Below, piece after piece: positions 49,101 through 55,483 of a stretch of DNA of 55,483 nt. The notes under the pieces were generated by a model. The model had not been told where the DNA came from and made no database searches. It was given only the letters and a program-made list of their open reading frames with translations. The DNA is from Phoronis australis (taxonomy: Eukaryota > Animalia > Phoronida): contig NMRA01000852.1 in NCBI GenBank assembly GCA_002633005.1, positions 1 through 55,483 on the forward strand, written 5' to 3'. Position numbers and translations under genes: made by a program. The stretch's first letter is position 1. Every line of letters begins with the position of its first letter.

Positions 49101-49885
49101 TTTAAGAAGAGCTGAGTGAGGCGAGATATTTTACTTTGATAACAAGTTCAGTGCGTTTTTCTACCTTCGCAAATGGGAATAGTTGAATCCGCGATTTGAG
49201 AATTGTCTGAATTTTAAGCTTATGGAAAATCTTGAACCCCTTCACAGTTCACAATTGTTGATATGCCTCAAAAATGATGATAATAAGATCAGTAACATCG
49301 TTGAATGTCGCACAATAATCAAAACTTGCTACGATTCATTAGTTTGCAGCTATAAGTTGGACTGAGACTAAATACACTGTACTGGTCTACCTGAGCAAAA
49401 TATCAAGGAAGTTTTTGGGGGAGGGAATAGCACACGTGCGAGCATGGCTGATAATTGTGAACGGTCTCAAGAACCGACTTTTTCTATGTTCCTTTATTTG
49501 AATAATAACGGTTTCATTTTGATACAACATGTTTTTCTACAATTTTACAGACCTATTTTGTTATTATTTTTAGTCCAACGGTAAAGGAGTCCAACTCAAT
49601 CAATACATTAACCATGCCCTGTCAATGGATGGTGAAAAAACGAATGGGAACGAGGAAAAACGAGTGGACTCTGGTGTCCCGGACAGCCCCGCATTGCACG
49701 TCATTGGCGGCAGTCTGAAGCGCATCGAGGATGCACTGTTGTCACGCCACCAAGCGGAGGACGAACGAAGCGCATTGGAAGACGAATGGCGTAACGTTGC
49801 AATGGTGTTGGATCGACTGTTTTTGTTTGTGTACGTGATTATTTGCGTGGTCGCCGCTCTGACGCTTTTGTTAAAACGACCTTAA
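35818..49885 (+). CDS. Complete 10-exon nicotinic acetylcholine receptor-like subunit gene (non-alpha type, 458 aa), paralogue C
   Basis: join(35818..35866,39184..39326,40747..40791,43329..43438,44851..44992,45184..45277,46284..46420,47051..47219,47441..47616,49574..49885) = 1377 nt. All introns GT-AG with consistent phases and no internal stops; Cys-loop CPLDVTYFPFDKQVC and four TM helices. Confidence 0.92.
39184..39326 (+). CDS. nAChR-like C exon 2
   Basis: ttctag|TG...CTG|gtaag; VLSVNDVDKQLTRTILRDYEPSTRPTSTFRDAVNVTMDIGLRELSQL (L...Y....RP motif). Confidence 0.9.
40747..40791 (+). CDS. nAChR-like C exon 3 (45 nt, loop D)
   Basis: tttcag|CAA...CTG|gtgag; QEADQTLTIKAWVRL; canonical 45-nt nAChR exon. 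Confidence 0.9.
41195..41595. mobile_element. GC-rich non-autonomous DNA-transposon-like insert in intron 3
   Basis: Dense CTGCGG/CACGG/CCGCAG micro-repeats, central TTTGAA..TTTTCAAA dyad, imperfect ends GACTTGTA / TACAAGTG. Family not determined. Confidence 0.45.
43329..43438 (+). CDS. nAChR-like C exon 4 (110 nt, loop A)
   Basis: ttgcag|TCC...AAC GG|gttagt; SWYDVSLTWNMSKYQGVTRTELSTKNVWLPDIVLFN; canonical 110-nt exon. Confidence 0.92.
44395..44665. repeat. Intronic tandem duplication (~135-145 bp x2) among degenerate AAT/AAC/GAC triplet tracts
   Basis: GGGGTTTCCCACTGA..CAAAGTACCAAAACGTCTGGACATGCAGAGTAGTAAATA.GGCATA twice. Confidence 0.8.
44851..44992 (+). CDS. nAChR-like C exon 5 (loop E, first part of Cys-loop)
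   Basis: tctcag|C GCC...CAG|gtaac; AAGNDFYLTDSHSLLVVTYDGHVSWRFPATLVSFCPLDVTYFPFDKQ. Confidence 0.93.
45184..45277 (+). CDS. nAChR-like C exon 6 (end of Cys-loop, loop B)
   Basis: taccag|GTC...AAA G|gtaagc; VCHMNFGSWVFSLAQLDLHAVGDTGDASVFK. Confidence 0.93.
46284..46420 (+). CDS. nAChR-like C exon 7 (loop C, pre-TM1)
   Basis: tttcag|AG AAT...TTA|gtaagt; ENNEWILEKFPVERGVTTYNSSEDQYPMLTFSLYLKRRPLYVTFNL. Confidence 0.93.
47051..47219 (+). CDS. nAChR-like C exon 8 (TM1-TM2)
   Basis: ctgtag|GTT...TTG G|gtaat; VLPSCLIAAIGMLAYILPSDDGEKIGLCVTMLVALSFIMLLMADKMPPTSLSIPLLG. Confidence 0.93.
47441..47616 (+). CDS. nAChR-like C exon 9 (TM3, MX)
   Basis: ttacag|GA GAG...AAG|gtgagt; EFFAVIVTMLSVTTLLSAFVIHVHFRGGHGKPVPKWVNVLVLKGLARILCFDVDCTSK. 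Confidence 0.92.
49574..49885 (+). CDS. nAChR-like C exon 10 (MA, TM4, stop)
   Basis: ttttag|TCC AAC GGT AAA; SNGKGVQLNQ...EDEWRNVAMVLDRLFLFVYVIICVVAALTLLLKRP*. Confidence 0.92.
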   Translation, partial: SNGKGVQLNQYINHALSMDGEKTNGNEEKRVDSGVPDSPALHVIGGSLKRIEDALLSRHQAEDERSALEDEWRNVAMVLDRLFLFVYVIICVVAALTLLLKRP

Positions 49886-52461
49886 GTGGGTTTGTTAAAA
49901 TCCAATCTTTGTAAACGAAATATGTTGACTTAGGGATGTAGAGAGTTTCGACTTTCAGACTTGAAATACCTTCGAATATTATTTTTTAGTTTAATTCGCA
50001 ATTTACTTATTTTAAAAATGTTGTTCTTGCGTCGAAGGTATTATGTGGTAAGTTGTAGCGCAAACCGAATTTCAAAGTGACGACCTAACAAACGCTAGGA
50101 GAGACAAAAACGAGTGTAGAGATCATAATATATGTGGCTTATTCACGATAAAACTGAAAATTTAAATGTATTATAGAGAATACTTATCCTATTAGTGGAT
50201 GCAGATCATCTTGATTTATTTCATACTCCAACCAACTTAACATCATAGATGAAATACACCGAGATGCGTCAGGACTTTCCCTGCAGCGGGCGCTATTGTC
50301 CTACGTGCGTTCTGCGCGCAACGTGAGAACAAGTGCGGTCCTGCCGTCTTGTCGTCTGCAAGTGCCAGTGCTCATGTGCAGTAATGGAAGTAGTCATATT
50401 CTTCATTTTATAGTTCTTACAAGTCCAGTCATTTTTTTAGCATTCATGTTTTTGCTAGAACCAGTCTCAAAATACGTGTACTCTATGCTGTGACGTTTTT
50501 AAGCTAAGCCTTGAAGGTGTTGCCTAGGAACAAGCGCAGTCGAAAAGCATTCAAGTTAAGCACTGTATAGTGTAGCAAAGAAAATAGTTTTACGCTGAGA
50601 AAGCACAAATGCGAAGGGTTTTGGGTATGTTTTTGCTTTTATGTGATAATATACCATAAAAATATACAAAGTAACTGCTGGCACAAACGGGTTATGGGCT
50701 GCTTGATTTATTTGCTTGTGACAATGAAAAAAACTTTAACTGTAACTTCTGAACTCATTTTAATAAATATCACCTTAACATTAGTACTTCATACTTGCCG
50801 GCACTCCAAGGGCGGCAGTTTTTATTTTTATGTTTACGTGTGTGTGTCTGTGTGCGCGAATGATGTGCGCGTTTGTGTACGTGTGCGCATGCGCGTGTGG
50901 GTGTGTAAACATCTGTCATTGACGCATTTCAGTTATGCTTTTACGGGTGCTTGCCTTTGCCCAAACGAGCAATCAATTACAATAGATTTGAGAAGGTTTA
51001 GTACCTTCACGACTTCAAACTTCTTCTTGACTTCCACCACATTCTTAGCGTAAAGTGCACAAGTCTAATTAAATACTAGTGTATTCAAAACGTTTCCACC
51101 CTGAAATCGAGGTGCCCAAACTAAATAACCGCCATGGGAAATTCATTCCGAAGCTGGAGGTTGTGTGTGAATTCCATGAGAACCGGACAAACAAAGCTAC
51201 CTGTAGACTGATGACAAAAAAGACAAAAAACGGGAATTCAGAGCCCCCATTTCAGTGTTGTCGCCAGGTAACCAACCAGAAGCCTTAGCCGGTTGACCCA
51301 GTCGGGAACCGGAGAGGACAGCCAAGTACAGCCATTCTCTCAGCGACTTCATAGCGATGCGCTTGTGAAATACGCATATGTCGTTTGCTCGGTTCTTGTC
51401 AGATGGTGACAAATTTTCTCAGAAATTCAGATTCACTGGTAAAAAATAAAAAGTAGTAGTATAGCAAAGCCAAATTAGGTAATTTGTTGTAAAGTGTGCA
51501 AAACTTTGAGGAAGAACAAGTGATTGAAGAATTGCCGAAAAAAGGGGAAATTAGGAGGAAACTTAGGATGTAATCATTTGAAGACATTTACAAGTTTTCA
51601 TTTCCGCGTAAAAGACATTTGCCGAATCATCAACCAAAGTTCCACTATAAACATTTAAAGAAATCACAAGTACATATGCTACCTAACCCAAAACGCTTCT
51701 GTGACCAAACGTTCATCATCAGCGCAGAAAGGTATGCTAAGAATGGAAGACGAAGAAGCTGTTCATTATGTTACTGAGACCCGGTCAGATTATCAGTCCA
51801 CCTGTAACACTAGACGGTTTTTCACACACAGAAAACACGACATTATCTTGAAATATATAGCAGCATCCAACGTAATACCAAGCTACCATGTTTCATTCAA
51901 CTCATAATGTTTTTCGTTCTCGTGAGTTTTCTCTTTGCCGAATTGTTCTTGCGTAGGCTCACGGAATGTCGTCGATTTCGATTGCATGACGTTTGGGGGT
52001 AGTTATCAGGTAGACGATATATGGAAATATGTAGGGGCCACATCGCTTCTCCTAAACTAGGATTACGTTATCCATCTGATATCACACATGCAAACACTTT
52101 GTACACATCTCCCCGGCGGCGGTTTACGAATTACGCGTTATGAATTAACTCAAGCCTCAAAATGAACTCACCACCCCTGGTGTAATGATGGAATGAGAAA
52201 CATTTTCGTAGTTTGTTTAAAAAATGGACCTTTCTGTGTAGTTCTAACTCAAAAATGGAATATTTACGTAGAAAACGTTGACATTAAAATGGAAAAAGTT
52301 CGTCGCCCTAATGTCAAGGCCATTGCGCTGGGCGGCACAACCCGCTTACGAAAAGTGCTCCGCCCTTTTTTAAGCAGACAGCCAACCAGTTAAACAGGAT
52401 GAACATTATTGACAACTTTAAGAAAAAAGATGAATGCTGTACAAATGCGGCAATAAACCTG

Positions 52462-52612
52462 CCTACCGTTCAGTAACGCTATGACCTCGCTAAAAAGCAA
52501 GACTTCGCGAGATTACGTGAGATATTGCCGTGCATTTTAAATGAAAACACGTGACTTTGACTACGTTTTAGCTAGGTCCTAGCGCAGGTCCTAGCGTCTA
52601 CTGAACGCACGC
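52462..52612 (+). mobile_element. ~150-bp MITE, family copy 3 (degenerate relatives near 41077-41175 and 48855-49015)
   Basis: Full match to the 15553 and 28575 copies; flanked by CTG on both sides. Confidence 0.85.
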
Positions 52613-54876
52613 CTGCACTCCGTCGAAGAAGTCAGTTGTTGATACAATCCTTTAACTGCTATCTCATCTTGATTCACACTCAAATGAGAAATTTTTCTGA
52701 TCTCGAAAAGAACTAAAATTTCGTAATTTCCCGAGGCTATAGACGACAAATAAAATGGCTCATTTGCTGTTGATGGAGCTCCCTCCTTAGACTGTTAAGA
52801 AAGATCTACAGTACTCTAAGTTGTACACGTCAGTAGATACTCCGATGACAAGGTCGCAGTACCAGCTGACCAATTCGAAGAACAGACATATATGAACGAG
52901 TAAAACGTATTAGAGTTATAAAAGGGATTTTAATGAGAACGGGAAGTCGGCGCGGATGCACACTTCGTGGTCCCGAACCTAGTGCCTCCCCCCTTTATTA
53001 GTCCTCGTTGATTTCTTTCACTAAAAAACCGCACACCGAAAAAATTCGAGCCCAACGATTTTTAAAATCAACACAATAACGCTTAACAAATTCTAAGATA
53101 CGCTACTGCGCAATTGCAGAAAATTGGCCTACATAGTGGGACAATGCAATGGTTTACGGATAAACCACCCCCTCCAACACAACCGGTATTGTGTGTCAAC
53201 CCAGAAATGTTATCGGTGTGTAAATTATCAATCAGGGTAGCTGTAGTATTACAATCAAATCCTTTACACAGTTCTGAATCTCATTCTGTACAGTGTATGC
53301 CTTGACTCATGTCCTAAGTTATAGCTGTAAGCTGTAAAGTTGAAAAAACAGTGTAAGATTTTTTTCTATAGACACTCGTTAACAAATTATCACCATCTTT
53401 AGTAACCTGGACATCCAGAAATGAAATGTGTGACTAGTATCCGTCCTCCATGGTGAAATCTACGCTTATAAATGAATTTACAATACTTGTTACCTTGACC
53501 TTTATATCATGCTGGTTCTTGTACCTTTGAGAATGAGGAGAACACCTCGAAACCAGTCAGGAATATGAAAATGTGTACTGTTAGGCTATTTATTAAATGA
53601 TTGATTGTGCTTCTGCTGAACAGGTCTATTGACCTTGACAATAAATTGAAGTTAATTTCATAAACTCACCAGCATAACTACACTCGAATACATAGGTAAA
53701 TGCATGCTTAGTTCAATATTTACGTGGGACGCTGACTGCTTGATCGAATATTCAAAGTGCTTATAGCGGCCATTTGCCTCGTTTTCATAATTGTCGAAGT
53801 TGTAAACATCATTAAACCTTCCTATGTAGCTCTGCATGTCACAGCCGTGAATTCAATGTTCCAAAAAACAAGAAAATGGGTCTTAGATTGAAACTTTCTT
53901 ACCTCCGCCACGGACACGAGTGTGACGTATGAAGGTACATGTACATGTACCCAGCGCTATCGTGTCATGTCTACCAACATGCGGATCATCGATTTTGCCA
54001 AACTCATATTACTGTTTAATTGAACTGAACGGTCGTAAAACGTTAACTTCTTAAATGAAGTTCATATTAACACTCAAGAAAAACACCATGTCAACTCAAA
54101 ATCCTTCTCGCACTTCAACAGCAGTTTGCATACTCCACAGCACGTTTCATTGCTGATTTTTTTTCGTTGTAATGAACAGTGAAAAAGTTGCAAGAATTTC
54201 CCGTCACAGTAAACTAAACGGAAGCTGAGTTTGCTATGTTTAGAGGGTCACGACTCTTCTAGGATAGTGCGCAAGAAAATGTCGGAGTTGTGAATCTGTT
54301 GTCTATAATCTACTATATAGGGCCAGATCTTTCCAACTGGGCCCCGAAATTACATTTATTTTTGAATAAGCATGTTGAACGCGACGTGCCATTTATTTTT
54401 AATGGCCTTCATAGAGAAAAGTTGCTGTCGAGATACTCTGTTTTTGATAATGAACAATTTGAGGCCAATTTTTTAAAGTTAAATGATCTCTATCGATTTG
54501 TTCACATAACACTTTGATATGTAATGAAATGCAGGCAGCTGTAGAGTGAATTGAATCATTTCAACTAGATTTACTTGATTGAAATGTCCTAGAACTTCGG
54601 GGATCTCCCGTCCCCTTCAAAGGGAAGCTAGCTACTTTGATATGTATTATAATTTAGAAAAATATATTTACACTGAAAATGATTGAAATGAGCGTTTTAG
54701 AGACGGGTGGAAAAATGTTTCAAAACTGAAGTGTGAAATCTTAAGAAGGAAATCTGGCCGTGCAAAACGACACCATTGAGCCATACGTCCCGACTGACAT
54801 CCCACGCAGACTCAAAAGTAACCATCCGGTTTGTTTTTAAATGGCGGGCGCAAAACTAAGGGTTTTAAGGAAGACG

Positions 54877-55211
54877 TCGGAGTTGAGGAAATGAACGCAT
54901 ATCGAACGGTACAATGCTACTTCGTTTTCGAGGTTAAGTGAAAATTGAGTCAAGGCTATTGAGTTGTCAAACTTATGAAAAAGAGTTCTAAAATTGTTTT
55001 TATATTCGTAAAAGAGTTGCTTTCCTTTACAGACACTGGAAGAGAATTCCAGTTGTTGATGCACATCATACATGTAGCTCTAGACCTTTTGTATGCCTGA
55101 CTGAATGACGGAGGAATTGCACATGGGGCGGAAGATCTCAAACCAGGACGATGGCCTTGTCTAGTATATAGATGAAATATTTTTTCACAGAGGTATTCTT
55201 GACATTGTTAA
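54877..55211 (-). mobile_element. CR1/L2-type LINE ORF2 3' fragment, same family as 18315-18730
   Basis: LRSSAPCAIPPSFSQAYKRS..CINNWNSLPVSVKESNSF (WNSLP motif); nucleotide similarity to 18315-18650. Confidence 0.7.
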
Positions 55212-55483
55212 CAGGCCCGTAGGAAGGTAAAAATTATTTGGGGGGCACCGACCCTGGTCGATACGTAACTTCTAATTTCGAAACCACTGCGTTGCACTGG
55301 GGTGTATATATCAACGCTGTAAAATGAGCTACTGCAACCACTAGGTACGTTTTGAATTATATGAAAAAATATGTCTACTAATAATAAGGTGTGTAACAGA
55401 TGCTGTACTTTTAGAGTTAATTTTTTGTTAAGATTGACTGGAAATTTTTGGAGCAACATACATGCCGCTCATACGATTACTCT

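Noticed and set aside
1-55483. tRNA, rRNA or other structured ncRNA genes
   Set aside because: None recognised by eye; a covariance-model scan (tRNAscan-SE/Infernal) would be needed to exclude them.

Overview
Eukaryotic, intron-rich, transposon-littered genomic DNA from an invertebrate animal (probably marine; lineage cannot be fixed from sequence). It has one 857-N gap and four single-N contig joins (742, 5539, 30904, 34018). The main content is a same-strand (+) cluster of nicotinic acetylcholine receptor-like (Cys-loop, pentameric ligand-gated ion channel) subunit genes, most of whose exons the ORF track misses. One complete 10-exon gene can be spliced by hand (35818-49885, 458 aa). There is also the terminal exon of a paralogue (976-1299), two orphan TM exons of a paralogue (31311-32314), and a second copy of exon 1 inside a ~2.6-kb near-identical duplicated block. 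The complete subunit is unusual: loop C has YNSS instead of YxCC, creating an N-glycosylation sequon; loop A has Tyr->Phe; and the M2 pore has Val at 9' and Phe at 13' in both sequenced TM2 exons, while the cation-selective GEK is kept. A single-coding-exon alpha-1,2-fucosyltransferase (GT11) lies antisense between the receptor paralogues. The rest is DNA transposons and relics: two Kolobok-like elements (THAP and P2X7-ballast/KolX-like ORFs), an ISL2EU-like element in two copies with one next to an Academ-like relic, a hAT-like pair, several MITE families, CR1/L2-type LINE fragments and local tandem duplications.
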